Assembly (NCBI GenBank): GCA_051252375.1
Contig: JBPOFY010000003.1
Span: 160,001 to 224,000, forward strand
Length of the DNA: 64,000 nt
Direction: 5' to 3'
DNA from: Opitutaceae bacterium
Lineage (GTDB): Bacteria > Verrucomicrobiota > Verrucomicrobiia > Opitutales > Coraliomargaritaceae
In this document: positions 19,261 to 33,039 of the stretch, piece by piece
How the letters are laid out: the number at the start of each line of letters is the position of its first letter
Position numbering within the stretch: the stretch's first letter is position 1
The notes under the pieces: model-generated
Database searches by the model: none
What the model saw: only the letters and a program-made list of their open reading frames with translations
What the model was told of the DNA's origin: nothing
Program-made: the position numbers and the translations under genes

Positions 19261-19572
19261 TTAAGATTTTCGCCGATAGCTGCCTGGCTTTCGTTGATTG
19301 TTTCGTTGTTTTTTAAAGATCGGAATGAATTTACCCTCAATGAAATCAAAGGCGGCTTGAAGGCCTTCCTTTTTATAAACGACTCCGATCTCGGCTTCCA
19401 TAGCCGTGGGTTCGCCGAGCGAGGAGAGGAATTGATTCGATGTCATTTGGATGAAGACCTCCGCGCGCTTGGCTGTGGGTATGTCAGTCTGGTCCAGTAT
19501 CCATTCCCGTGCAAACAGTGCGAGGACGGCGTCACCGATCCATGCCTGAGTTCGTTTATCGTTAGCAGGCAT
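19261..19572 (-). CDS. Very small RNase III catalytic-domain protein (Mini-III-like), 103 aa
   Basis: AWIGDAVLALFARE resembles the RNase III/Mini-III signature; SNQFLS and TAMEAEIGVVY resemble the second catalytic helix; basic C-terminal tail and no dsRBD. Confidence 0.6.
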   Translation of the reverse strand: MPANDKRTQAWIGDAVLALFAREWILDQTDIPTAKRAEVFIQMTSNQFLSSLGEPTAMEAEIGVVYKKEGLQAAFDFIEGKFIPIFKKQRNNQRKPGSYRRKS

Positions 19573-19576
19573 TAGG

Positions 19577-20152
19577 TTAGTGAAGCTTAGTGAGTTCAGT
19601 TTCGATGTAGGCATCTTCAGTTGTCAGATGTTTGAACCAAAAGTCCTGTAACTCTCCAGTGGTGGCCGTGACTACAGGAAAGTTGTCTTCAATGAATTCG
19701 TGACGCAACACATCCGGGTGCGCTTCGAGGAATTCGCAAAACCAACCATAACTAGGGACTCGAATGATGACGGTTGTTTCGGTTGTCTTCACGTGGATGA
19801 GTGAGTGGACCGGTATACGGTGGATCTTATAGATGCCACTCATTCGCAGTTGGTCATCATTGGATGTGTCCGGGTATATATCGATGAAGAACTGCTCCTC
19901 AATTTTAAAAGGTGTGCCGATGAAAAAGCCAGCGGAGTCGTCGCCTTCAGTGATACTGATTTCATAAGACTTGGCGTCATCAGAGGGTTTGAAGTGCCAC
20001 TTGTTCTGTTTACCAGTTTCTTGCCATTCTCCGGCGAGGCTGCGGTCTGTGATGACGTCGTCTTCAGCGTAGAACGGTTGCAGTGATACAACGAAGCAAC
20101 CAGGGAGGAGGGCTAAGAGTATGAGGAGTGGGGTAATCGTTGATTTTTTCAT
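19577..20152 (-). CDS. Hypothetical lipoprotein
   Basis: From ATG 20152: MKKSTITPLLILLALLPGC (lipobox). The longer ORF-track start overlaps polA. Confidence 0.7.
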   Translation of the reverse strand: MKKSTITPLLILLALLPGCFVVSLQPFYAEDDVITDRSLAGEWQETGKQNKWHFKPSDDAKSYEISITEGDDSAGFFIGTPFKIEEQFFIDIYPDTSNDDQLRMSGIYKIHRIPVHSLIHVKTTETTVIIRVPSYGWFCEFLEAHPDVLRHEFIEDNFPVVTATTGELQDFWFKHLTTEDAYIETELTKLH

Positions 20153-20168
20153 AAGATGTTTGTGAGAC

Positions 20169-22964
<2,796 letters not shown>

Positions 22965-23109
22965 TGGGAAATAGGTTGAAGATCGTGGGTAGAAGGTCGA
23001 ACACGGAATCTCGAATTTTGACGTGAAGCTGATTTTTTGTGGCTCCCTTGTTACAAATTGAGATTCGACTTTTAACAATAGAGAAACAGTTTAACGCTTT
23101 TTAATTCAA

Positions 23110-23523
23110 ATGGACTCGGAAACAGAAAAACACAAAGACCCTGCCGTTCATAAGAATAAGGGTATAACTCGCGTGTTGAAAGCATTTGGCTATTCACTTG
23201 AGGGAATTGCTTCGAGTTTGAAGCATGAGGCGGCTTTCCGCCAGGAAGCTATATTCGCCTGTATATTGGTGCCAGTGTCTTGTTTTCTTCATATGCCGCT
23301 GGCGCATCATTTGATCTTGGTCGCCTCAGTGTTGTTGGTGCTCATTGTGGAGCTGATCAATTCTGCGATTGAGGCAGTGGTTGATGATATTTCATTGAAG
23401 CACCGTCCGCTCGCCAAGCGTGCTAAGGATATCGGGAGCGCTGCGGTATTCTTCAGCCTTTTGAATTGTTTGATCTGCTGGGTGTCTGTCATTGCGGCGA
23501 ATTGGTCACAAATAGTGAGCTAG
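23110..23523 (+). CDS. dgkA: Diacylglycerol kinase (membrane DgkA)
   Basis: EAAFRQE, VELINSAIEAVVD, AKDIGSAAV. Confidence 0.93.
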   Translation: MDSETEKHKDPAVHKNKGITRVLKAFGYSLEGIASSLKHEAAFRQEAIFACILVPVSCFLHMPLAHHLILVASVLLVLIVELINSAIEAVVDDISLKHRPLAKRAKDIGSAAVFFSLLNCLICWVSVIAANWSQIVS

Positions 23524-23532
23524 AAGCCAATA

Positions 23533-23994
23533 ATGTTACACATCGTTCTATTTAACCCTGAAATCCCGCAGAATACCGGAAACATCGGTCGGCTCTGCGC
23601 GATCACCGAAACGCGCTTGCATTTGATTCATCCGCTCGGCTTCACGATCACCGATAAGCACTTGAAACGCAGTGGGATGGACTATTGGCATTCTTTGGAT
23701 GTGCATCATCACGATGATTGGGACGCTTTTCAGGCGAGTCCACATAAGCCGGAGCGACTCTGGTTATTCACTACGAAGGCAGATCATGTATATTGGGACG
23801 TGCAATACGCCGATGGCGACGGACTGGTCTTTGGCAACGAGGGGCATGGCGCCCCGGACTGGTTGCACTCCCAGATGGAAGGGCAACGGCTCACGATCCC
23901 GCATAAAAACACGGATTTGCGCTCGTTGAACCTTTCGACCGCAGTGGGAATTGCGACTTATGAAGCGATTCGCCAATTATCGTTGGGTTCCTAG
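23533..23994 (+). CDS. trmL: tRNA (cytidine/uridine-34-2'-O)-methyltransferase
   Basis: PEIPQNTGNIGRLC, PLGF, R.GMDYW, FGNE..G, RSLNLS. Confidence 0.93.
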   Translation: MLHIVLFNPEIPQNTGNIGRLCAITETRLHLIHPLGFTITDKHLKRSGMDYWHSLDVHHHDDWDAFQASPHKPERLWLFTTKADHVYWDVQYADGDGLVFGNEGHGAPDWLHSQMEGQRLTIPHKNTDLRSLNLSTAVGIATYEAIRQLSLGS

Positions 23995-24181
23995 TTGGTG
24001 AGCCAATGCTGTTAACGGCATTGAATACCAGTATTTTAGGCTTGCAGGCGAGGGTCGGACACCTACTTTCCTGCGTTCCTTTAGCGATGATCGGTATCAT
24101 CGACTGCGCCTCGGCGTAGGTAGTTAATCAACAATAACATCCAACCAGCTGCCACTTCGGTGTGCAGCACACATACAGTAT

Positions 24182-25837
<1,656 letters not shown>

Positions 25838-25862
25838 ACCTCGTTTACCGCAACTATCTAAC

Positions 25863-25894
25863 AAAGCCCCGCAGTTTTCTGCGGGGCTTTTTTT
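25863..25894 (+). terminator. rpsA intrinsic terminator
   Basis: AAAGCCCCGCAG-TTTT-CTGCGGGGC followed by T7. Confidence 0.9.
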
Positions 25895-25944
25895 GTGCCT
25901 ATTGTTATTTGCTGTGTATGGCTTGTTTAGATCTAGGGAATACT

Positions 25945-26040
25945 TGGAGGGCAATGCTCCGTCATTGCCGTTCGCCAGGAGCGTTCAAAATTAACTGGTC
26001 GTAAGTCATACGTGCGGAAACGACGGAGCGTTTCCCTCCA
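25945..26040. repeat. GGAG-type REP doublet (REPIN)
   Basis: TGGAGGGCAATGCTCCGTCATTGCC at 25945-25969 and an inverted arm at 26016-26040 (reverse complement TGGAGGGAAACGCTCCGTCGTTTCC). Confidence 0.8.
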
Positions 26041-26190
26041 GAGCCTCACTGATTCGTTCTCTAAGCATCGATTCCAAGCAGGTGTTTCCCATTAATCTAC
26101 GATGAACTTTTTTGTGCCTACATTCCGGCTCCTGCATTCTTGCTTTCCTTTTCGAAAAGTAATTCACTGCCTGTCGTGTTTTCCCTTCGT

Positions 26191-26742
26191 ATGATTCGTC
26201 ATGTTCTGCCTGCCATATTGTGTGGTGGTGCCCTCATTCTGTCGAGCTGCGTGACTCAAAAGTCTAAGCCCGCGAATATCCCGTTCCATACGCTCTATCG
26301 ACCCATTAACGATGCAGGTGCACAGCAATTTCTAGAGCAGGGGATTGCAGTGCTGCGCCGTGACCATGCGCCCCTCGAGTTTCCAGTGCGGCAGGTGTTA
26401 CTTCGCTATGCGGAAAAAAATGAAATCGGTCGTGGTTATAAAGTTCGCGAGCACTTTTCGCTCACCGAAATTGTCGACGCGCAGCAGGGCATTTTTGCCA
26501 TCTACATCGCAGTGCCCCCGAGCGATCCGGAATTTTACCCATTCTTGGCACATGAAATCGGTCATTTGAAGCGACCCTCAGTTGAAGATGACTGGGATAT
26601 GGAAGGTTGGTGCACTGTTTTCTCTGAAAAGCTCTGCGCAGAACTAGGCAAAGACTGGAGCGCGTGGACACAGCGCTTTAAGGATAATCCCAAGGAAAAA
26701 TACGCACGCTCTTATTTTAAGGCCAAGCTCGAGAATCAGTGA
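26191..26742 (+). CDS. Hypothetical lipoprotein with an HExxH zincin-like motif
   Basis: Lipobox LSSC; LAHEIGH followed by MEGWC about 12 residues later. Start uncertain (26140, 26176 or 26191). Confidence 0.55.
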   Translation: MIRHVLPAILCGGALILSSCVTQKSKPANIPFHTLYRPINDAGAQQFLEQGIAVLRRDHAPLEFPVRQVLLRYAEKNEIGRGYKVREHFSLTEIVDAQQGIFAIYIAVPPSDPEFYPFLAHEIGHLKRPSVEDDWDMEGWCTVFSEKLCAELGKDWSAWTQRFKDNPKEKYARSYFKAKLENQ

Positions 26743-26831
26743 TCTATCCTCGGAACTGTCAGTAGCTAGAAATTTCTCTAATTATTAAACGCGGGGTGTT
26801 CTCTTTCGCAAAATGTGGTATAGTGCGCTCT

Positions 26832-28163
26832 ATGAAAAATTCATCTGCTGTTCGTCCTGTTGTTTTGATGGGTGCCTGCCTGCTCACGCTACTGTTGGGT
26901 GTTTTTATTGGTTTTCAATTGGACGGCCGAGGACCTGATGCGGAACAGTCGTCAAATGAGCGAACTGCTAAGACGGCTAAGACCGGGGAGCGGACGATGG
27001 TGCAGGAGCTCGGAGCGTCTGGTGGGCTTGGTGCTGAGTTGACTGCAGATGAACTGGAGGCGGCGAGTCAGCTAAGTCCTCAGTTAGTAGAGCTCGATGG
27101 ATTTTTGCGTATGGCTCAAATGGATCCTTTGGCTGCGGCGGAGGAAGCTTTGTCAGCCTCGAACGATTTGGAGCGTATCTCTAAACTTGCGCTCTTGCTC
27201 GCCGAGGCCAGTTCCGAAGATATGCCGGGGATTGCGGAATTGATTTCCAGTGAATCGAACGATTTCGACCGGATGCAACAAATGGGCATGCTGTATTATG
27301 CTTGGGGGCGCGTCGATGCGCCTACCGCGGTGGCTTATGCAGAAGAGCAGGGTGGTCGTCATGCGGGCATGGCCACAGCAGTGGCGCTCTCATCTTGGGC
27401 AAGTCTTGATCCCAGCAGCGCGCGTGCATGGGTCGATGGGCAAGAGAACCCGAGCCGCTATCAGAGAGGTCTGTTGATCGGGTGGAGTGAGCAAAATCCT
27501 CAGCAAGCACTGCAATATATTGCTGGATTGGGCACTGAGTCTAATTTAATGGATCGTTGGGCTGCGCCTCAAATTGCACGCAACTTGATCAGCGCGCGTG
27601 GCGTGATGGCTTTAGACGATCTAGCGGCCATGCCAGCGACTCAAAATCGTCGTGAATTGCTAGAGCGCTTGGCCGACGAGCTCGGGGAGACGGATCCTGC
27701 GGCGGCGGCTGTGCACCTCTCTTCGATTAAGGATACAGAAATTTTAAGAACCGCGGTGCCCGAAGTCGCACAGGAGTGGGCTCGCAACGATCCGCAGGCT
27801 GCGGTCGAGTTTGTTTCTGACTATAAGGAAAACACTGAGGTCTATTCTCGCGCGATGGCCGAAGCGATTGAGGAGTGGGCCGAACGCGACCCCTATGAAG
27901 CGGGCGTGTATTTAAATTCTCTGCCCGCTTCGCCGGATCTGGACCGGTCGGTTGCTGAGTATTCCCGAGAAGTGGCACGAGTTGACCCTGATGGTGCTAT
28001 GAGTTTTGCGGTCTCTGTAAATGATCCACGGATACGTGCGGATACTATTCGGCGTGTGGCTCGAGATTGGCAGCGTTCCTCACCTGAAGATTACGCTGCT
28101 TGGGTAGCCGCTAATCCAGAGGTCGCTCCTGCCGATACTGGAAACGACTCTCGCAGAGATTGA
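26832..28163 (+). CDS. Membrane-anchored alpha-helical repeat protein (W-x3-D/N-P-x-AA repeats)
   Basis: N-terminal TM segment; repeats WGRVDAPTA, WASLDPSSA, WSEQNPQQA, LGETDPAAA, WARNDPQAA, WAERDPYEA, VARVDPDGA, WQRSSPED. Confidence 0.7.
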   Translation: MKNSSAVRPVVLMGACLLTLLLGVFIGFQLDGRGPDAEQSSNERTAKTAKTGERTMVQELGASGGLGAELTADELEAASQLSPQLVELDGFLRMAQMDPLAAAEEALSASNDLERISKLALLLAEASSEDMPGIAELISSESNDFDRMQQMGMLYYAWGRVDAPTAVAYAEEQGGRHAGMATAVALSSWASLDPSSARAWVDGQENPSRYQRGLLIGWSEQNPQQALQYIAGLGTESNLMDRWAAPQIARNLISARGVMALDDLAAMPATQNRRELLERLADELGETDPAAAAVHLSSIKDTEILRTAVPEVAQEWARNDPQAAVEFVSDYKENTEVYSRAMAEAIEEWAERDPYEAGVYLNSLPASPDLDRSVAEYSREVARVDPDGAMSFAVSVNDPRIRADTIRRVARDWQRSSPEDYAAWVAANPEVAPADTGNDSRRD

Positions 28164-28205
28164 GTCGGCTCCGTGTAAGTATCCAAACTTGGGTGGTGCG
28201 CAGGG

Positions 28206-28427
28206 CGCGGCGTATGGCGCTACCTTAAGCGACTAAATATAAAGAAGTAAGTTTATACGGACCTAACTGTTTTCTGCCGCAAAGGTAGGGACGCCTGCCC
28301 ACAGGCGTCCAAGGTAGAAGGAAATGTCGCGGACGCCTAGAGGTAGGCGTCCCTACCGAATACGCTCATATGTGCATCAATTTCGCCTAAAAATAGTGCC
28401 ATTTTGTCCGCGGCGTATGGGGCTACC
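28206..28427. repeat. Cluster of GTAG-type REP elements in a convergent intergenic region
   Basis: REPIN arms at 28284-28310 (GGTAGGGACGCCTGCCCACAGGCGTCC) and 28331-28357 (reverse complement GGTAGGGACGCCTACCTCTAGGCGTCC), flanked by an 18/19 direct repeat CGCGGCGTATGGnGCTACC at 28206-28224 and 28409-28427. Confidence 0.8.
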
Positions 28428-28459
28428 AAAACTCCCAGCTATTACTTTAACAGATGAAC

Positions 28460-29029
28460 TTAGTTCTTCTTTGGTAGAATCACGCGTCGGCGAGGGACCG
28501 CTACCGAAGGTTTGGAATTGTTATTTACCTTAATTGTTACGCCTGGAGGCAAGCTCGGTTTTGCATTATTTGCTTGTGCGGGAGGTGCTGATACGGCGAC
28601 TGCCATAGGAACGTCAGTTGATTCCATTAGCGATAGTTTTTCAGTTCGTCCGTTTTGGCTCACTGTGACGGTCTTGGAGTCGGCATCAAACTTCGTGATT
28701 TTGATATTGTCGCGGCTTTCTCCTTCGGGAATCCAATAACCCTTTTGATCGCTTTTATTGAAAAGGCTGAATTTGTAGACGCCATTCATTTGGACGATTC
28801 CACGAAACTCGATTTGCCGTGCAATGGCTCCATTCACAACAACTGGTTTTGGCTCTACGCGTGTCGGCTTCTTGTGGTCGTGCGGTAGAAACGGACTTCT
28901 GCTTTCGAGTGTTTGACTCGTAAGTGAGAGGGAGGAGGTGAGTGTAAACAATACGCACAGCAGTAACTGGCGACCAAATATGCGGTCGCTTTTAGCAGAG
29001 GGGCAATTCGCTGTAGTTGATGGATGCAT
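28460..29029 (-). CDS. Putative T2SS GspC-like (HR domain) protein
   Basis: N-terminal hydrophobic segment, then FRGIV...GESRDNIKITKFD...VTVSQNGRTEKLSL, resembling the GspC/PilP HR fold; last gene of the gsp cluster. Confidence 0.5.
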   Translation of the reverse strand: MHPSTTANCPSAKSDRIFGRQLLLCVLFTLTSSLSLTSQTLESRSPFLPHDHKKPTRVEPKPVVVNGAIARQIEFRGIVQMNGVYKFSLFNKSDQKGYWIPEGESRDNIKITKFDADSKTVTVSQNGRTEKLSLMESTDVPMAVAVSAPPAQANNAKPSLPPGVTIKVNNNSKPSVAVPRRRVILPKKN

Positions 29030-29034
29030 CGATG

Positions 29035-31185
29035 TTATCGTGTGCGGCTATTAGAACGTGATTTGGTTTCACTTTCAACCTTTGGTTCTTCCTCTTCAAA
29101 CTTACTGCCGTCGAGGTAGATGTCCCCGGTGGTGCGCTCTTGGAGATATTCATTGATCACCTCTTTCTCTGATGCGTTATCAATATAATCTTTCGATAAA
29201 ATATCAGCTTGATCTGGATTGTTCAGAACCGTAGGGCGTATGAAAATAATGATTTCAGTTCGGTTATAATCATCGGTTGAGCCACCAAAGATATTTCGTA
29301 TCCCAGGAAGTCTACCTATGATCGGGAAGTAGCTGTTGCTGTCGCCTCCAGAGTTTTCTTGTAGTCCCCCTAGCACGATGATTTGCCCATCTTTAACGCT
29401 GATGGTTGATGTGGCTTCACGCACGCCGATTACAGGTTGGTCGTTTCCGTCGATTGAGACGGTATCGACGATGTTTTCGACTGTTTGTTCGATGACCATT
29501 TGCACGGTGCCGTCGGCTCCAATTAGTGGAGTTACCGTCAATTTTATACCAATGTCCCGATATTCAACGGAGCTGCTACTGGTTCCACTGCTATTATTGA
29601 AATTAGTGCTGCCGGTAATGATGGGTTGAGAGCGGCTGACGTTGATGATGCCTTCTTCATTGTGGCTGACGACAATTCGTGGCGTGGAGAGCACACGTGT
29701 GTCACCATCGGCGTTGATCGGGTTGATGGCAGTTGCGAGAGTGAAGTCGGTTGGGTTATCTATACTGATGGCACCTTGAGAGAAGCTAAGGCCACCCGCT
29801 GTTCCAGCTACGATAGATTCAAATGACTTTGTAATGCCATTATAGGTAAAGCCGAGACTGCTCAACCCACTGGTTTGTTTTTCACTCAGAGTGACCTGCG
29901 TGATGATTGCTTCGATAAGCACCTGTGGGAGTGGGATGTCGATTTTCTCGATTAACTCTTTGAGTGTCTTCAGGTCTTGGTTCGTGCCGTAGGCGACGAT
30001 GGAGTTGGTGCGCTCATCGGCGGAGAGACCGACGAAGCTGGAGAACTGTAGCGAGCTGTTGGATTCCGAACTCGCGCTGCTTGTGTTGCTGGCAACCGCT
30101 TGTGTGGGAACGTTCGGCTGAGCGTTGTTGTTATTGTTGCCGTTGTTGTTATTGTTCCGGTTGTTGTTATTCTGGTTGTTGTTACTTTCGTTTTCACGAG
30201 TCACTTTGGCGTCTTCCTCGCGACCTTCTTTTTGACCAGAAATAATGTTTTCGATGATTGGGACAACTTCGATGGCCTTCGCTTGGCGGAGCTGGAAGAC
30301 TTCACTGCCAGTGAGTGGCGCCGCATCCACATCGATACTGGCGATCACATTCATGATCGGCTCGATATTACCTGGGTGAGTGATTAGAATGAGTTGATTG
30401 GTGCGTTCATCTGCAGTGACACTGGTATTGCCATCGAGGTAACTTTTGAGTGGACCTTGGATGAGGTTTTCAAGGCGCTCCTGCATTTCAGGGGCTTGCA
30501 CATAATCGAGCTTGATGAATTGAATAGTTTCGCGGACTGCTTGTGGGCGGTCGGCTTCGTTGAGGATTTGCTCGATGCGCTGAAGATTGACGAGGGCGTC
30601 GGTTACGAGTAGCGCGTTGGACTTAGCAAATGGGATCATGCTGGAATTCTGAGAGAGCAGCGGTTGAACGAGTGTGCCACTGATTAGCTCAGCGTTTAGG
30701 TAATCGAATTTAAAGATCTTGGCGTAGATCTGTTGGCTGGCAGGTAATCCGAGTGCGCTGCCTATCAGCATCTCCGGCACGTGGCTGTTTACATTGGTGG
30801 CGGGCACGGCTTTCATGAAGCGACCACCCATATCGGTGAGCATGATGCCGTTCAGAGTGAGCAAACTTTCGAGTGCGAGGACGGATTCTTTTTGTGAGAT
30901 CGGCCCGTTGGAATTGAAGTTGATCTTCGCGGGGGAGATGTCTTGTCGACGAAGAATGATTTTGCCGGTCATTTGCTCTAGTAGATCGAGCACTTGGAGT
31001 GAGGATTCATCGACGAGTATGAGTTCGCCGATGATTTGATCTGGTGCCTCGGGCTCTGGTTCGACGGGCACAATTGCAGCTGTGGCTGAGTCAACTGCTG
31101 GCGGAGCGGCTTCTTCCTGTGCCGATGCGGAGATCAGCGCTAGAAAGCAAAATACGGGGAGGATAAATCTGCGAATTGTATGCAT
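29035..31185 (-). CDS. gspD: Type II secretion secretin GspD
   Basis: Signal peptide, N-domain motifs (ADERTNQLI, ADERTNSIV), QVLIEAII, VLSTPRIVV, YRDIGIKLTVTP.I, IVLGGL, IIFIRPTV. Confidence 0.93.
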   Translation of the reverse strand: MHTIRRFILPVFCFLALISASAQEEAAPPAVDSATAAIVPVEPEPEAPDQIIGELILVDESSLQVLDLLEQMTGKIILRRQDISPAKINFNSNGPISQKESVLALESLLTLNGIMLTDMGGRFMKAVPATNVNSHVPEMLIGSALGLPASQQIYAKIFKFDYLNAELISGTLVQPLLSQNSSMIPFAKSNALLVTDALVNLQRIEQILNEADRPQAVRETIQFIKLDYVQAPEMQERLENLIQGPLKSYLDGNTSVTADERTNQLILITHPGNIEPIMNVIASIDVDAAPLTGSEVFQLRQAKAIEVVPIIENIISGQKEGREEDAKVTRENESNNNQNNNNRNNNNNGNNNNNAQPNVPTQAVASNTSSASSESNSSLQFSSFVGLSADERTNSIVAYGTNQDLKTLKELIEKIDIPLPQVLIEAIITQVTLSEKQTSGLSSLGFTYNGITKSFESIVAGTAGGLSFSQGAISIDNPTDFTLATAINPINADGDTRVLSTPRIVVSHNEEGIINVSRSQPIITGSTNFNNSSGTSSSSVEYRDIGIKLTVTPLIGADGTVQMVIEQTVENIVDTVSIDGNDQPVIGVREATSTISVKDGQIIVLGGLQENSGGDSNSYFPIIGRLPGIRNIFGGSTDDYNRTEIIIFIRPTVLNNPDQADILSKDYIDNASEKEVINEYLQERTTGDIYLDGSKFEEEEPKVESETKSRSNSRTR

Positions 31186-31216
31186 ATCGTTACGGGGAAA
31201 AGTATTTTGCGAACTC

Positions 31217-31780
31217 TTAGTTTTGTAGAGTTTCGTCTTTTAAATCGAAGGAATTGATTTCTAGGCGGACGTCTAGTTGTTCGGGGTTTTTGCGATTGGC
31301 TGAAATACGAACGCTTTGGATATTAATGTAAGGGGTTTCTCGTTTGAGCAACTTGTTGATGTTGATCAGTTGGGAGATGGAGATGCGGCTTATACGGACG
31401 CGTAAATTATGGTCGTTGAAGATTTCACCTTCACGGGTGCGGACGGGGTCGATGTCGGCTTGGTTGGAGAGTCCGGCTTTGCGGAGCAGGTCGTCGATTT
31501 TTCCGGAGAGTTGCGACGCTGAATATGTTTTGGTTGGGTCGACACGCTCGAGTGCGACGGCAAGACCTTCATCGTAAAAGTCGCTGCGGTCGATCCATTG
31601 TTGTTGGGTGGCCAGCTCCACGGCTGAGAGTTTGCGCATTTCGTTCCACTTGGAGGTGCGCTGCATCCAGCCATTTCCCCAGATCAGTAGCATGACCAGC
31701 AGGAAGAGTAGGCAGAGCAATTTTTCCCGCACGCTCATGCGTCTGTAGAGACGCTTCAATTTTTGAATCAGGGCATCCAT
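31217..31780 (-). CDS. gspM: T2SS GspM-like protein
   Basis: MSVREKLL followed by one TM helix, a coiled coil and a ferredoxin-like C-terminus; lies after the GspL-like gene. Confidence 0.7.
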   Translation of the reverse strand: MDALIQKLKRLYRRMSVREKLLCLLFLLVMLLIWGNGWMQRTSKWNEMRKLSAVELATQQQWIDRSDFYDEGLAVALERVDPTKTYSASQLSGKIDDLLRKAGLSNQADIDPVRTREGEIFNDHNLRVRISRISISQLININKLLKRETPYINIQSVRISANRKNPEQLDVRLEINSFDLKDETLQN

Positions 31781-33030
31781 TAGGTAGCGTCGGGCTCTTT
31801 AGAGGTGTTTGCTTCTTTATTCGGTGTGGAGGCATTATTATCCGGAGCGGCGGTTTCTTCGACCGTTACGGTTGGCTCTACTTCTTGGTGAGTGTAGTCC
31901 AGTGTCGCCGTGAAAGTAGTGGTGCCACCCCGGGTGATGTATTTAGGTGTGCCAATCAGCGAAAAAGTTCCGGACTTGCTGAGACTTTCGGTGTAACGGT
32001 TGAGGTCGTTGATTGTGCTGGCGACGCCGTCAATAGTGATGCGATTTTCACCCTCTGTTTCGGTGCTGGTGAAGTGTATGTTCTCTGGGCGTGTCTGGTT
32101 GAGCGCCTCTAGAATCGCGATGGGGCGCAACTCGTTTTGAGCGACCTGTTCCAGCTTGTTCATTAGAGTCTGCTTGTCTTCAATCCGAGCAACGGTGGGT
32201 TGTTGTGTGACAACTTGTTGCTTTTGTGTGTTCAGCCATGCGTTTGCTGCGAGCAGGGCGATTTCAAGACCAATGAGCAGGATCGCACAGAGTGCTGCCC
32301 AAGCTGTGATTTTAGTGAGTAGTGCACTGGTGCGACGAGCGTTACGCTCCGCTTCTTTAAATGCCCCAGTGCGAACATCAGATTGCCAAAGTGTTTTTTC
32401 ATTGGGGCTGAGCGAAGTCCAGTGCCCGTAGTCTTCGTGGACAGTGGTGCCTTCTTCGGCGAACTGAAAAGTGGGGATCCCTTGTTCGCTGATAACCGTT
32501 TCAGCTATGGTGGCCTGGAAGTGGCTCTTTACCTTGAAGGCAGGTTCAAATTCTGCGCGTAGCGAGTCGATGCACTGGGTGACTTGGTCATGCTTGTTGC
32601 TTGAAGCGACGGCGTGTGGCACTTCGGAGCCGCTTTCAAAGTAGAGCAGTGTGACGCACTCGTTATAAATTAGGGCAATTTCGGTGCTCTCTGGGAAATG
32701 TGCGCCTTGCAGTGCGGCAAAATCGGGTAACACCCATATGTATTGATCGATGTCTTGCACGCCGATTTGCTTCAATCGGTCCCGATGCGTGGCATAAATA
32801 AGAATGCTTGAGGCACCTTCAGAATATAGAAAGCCCCAGTTTAGCTGCTCGATCGGGAAGGGGGCGATGCCCTCAATGCTGAGTTCGGCAAAATCGGCCA
32901 CTTCGTCCGTTTCAAGGGCCGGCGGTAATTCGACGCTTTCAACAAAAAACAAATGACCGGGTAAGAGCAGGACGGATTCGGCCTTCTCGGGTTCGGGTAT
33001 TGTTGTTTCAGTTGTAGGGGTGGATTGCAT
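31780..33030 (-). CDS. gspL: T2SS GspL-like protein (cytoplasmic domain, TM, PilN-like domain)
   Basis: EGIAPFPIEQL (PilM/GspL-like), central TM, then LNQTRPENIHF..ITIDG (PilN-like); lies between gspK and gspM. Confidence 0.6.
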   Translation of the reverse strand: MQSTPTTETTIPEPEKAESVLLLPGHLFFVESVELPPALETDEVADFAELSIEGIAPFPIEQLNWGFLYSEGASSILIYATHRDRLKQIGVQDIDQYIWVLPDFAALQGAHFPESTEIALIYNECVTLLYFESGSEVPHAVASSNKHDQVTQCIDSLRAEFEPAFKVKSHFQATIAETVISEQGIPTFQFAEEGTTVHEDYGHWTSLSPNEKTLWQSDVRTGAFKEAERNARRTSALLTKITAWAALCAILLIGLEIALLAANAWLNTQKQQVVTQQPTVARIEDKQTLMNKLEQVAQNELRPIAILEALNQTRPENIHFTSTETEGENRITIDGVASTINDLNRYTESLSKSGTFSLIGTPKYITRGGTTTFTATLDYTHQEVEPTVTVEETAAPDNNASTPNKEANTSKEPDAT

Positions 33031-33039
33031 TACAATTGG

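Noticed and set aside
28164..28459. CRISPR array
   Set aside because: The repeats are inverted REP-type hairpins with irregular spacing, and no cas genes are present.
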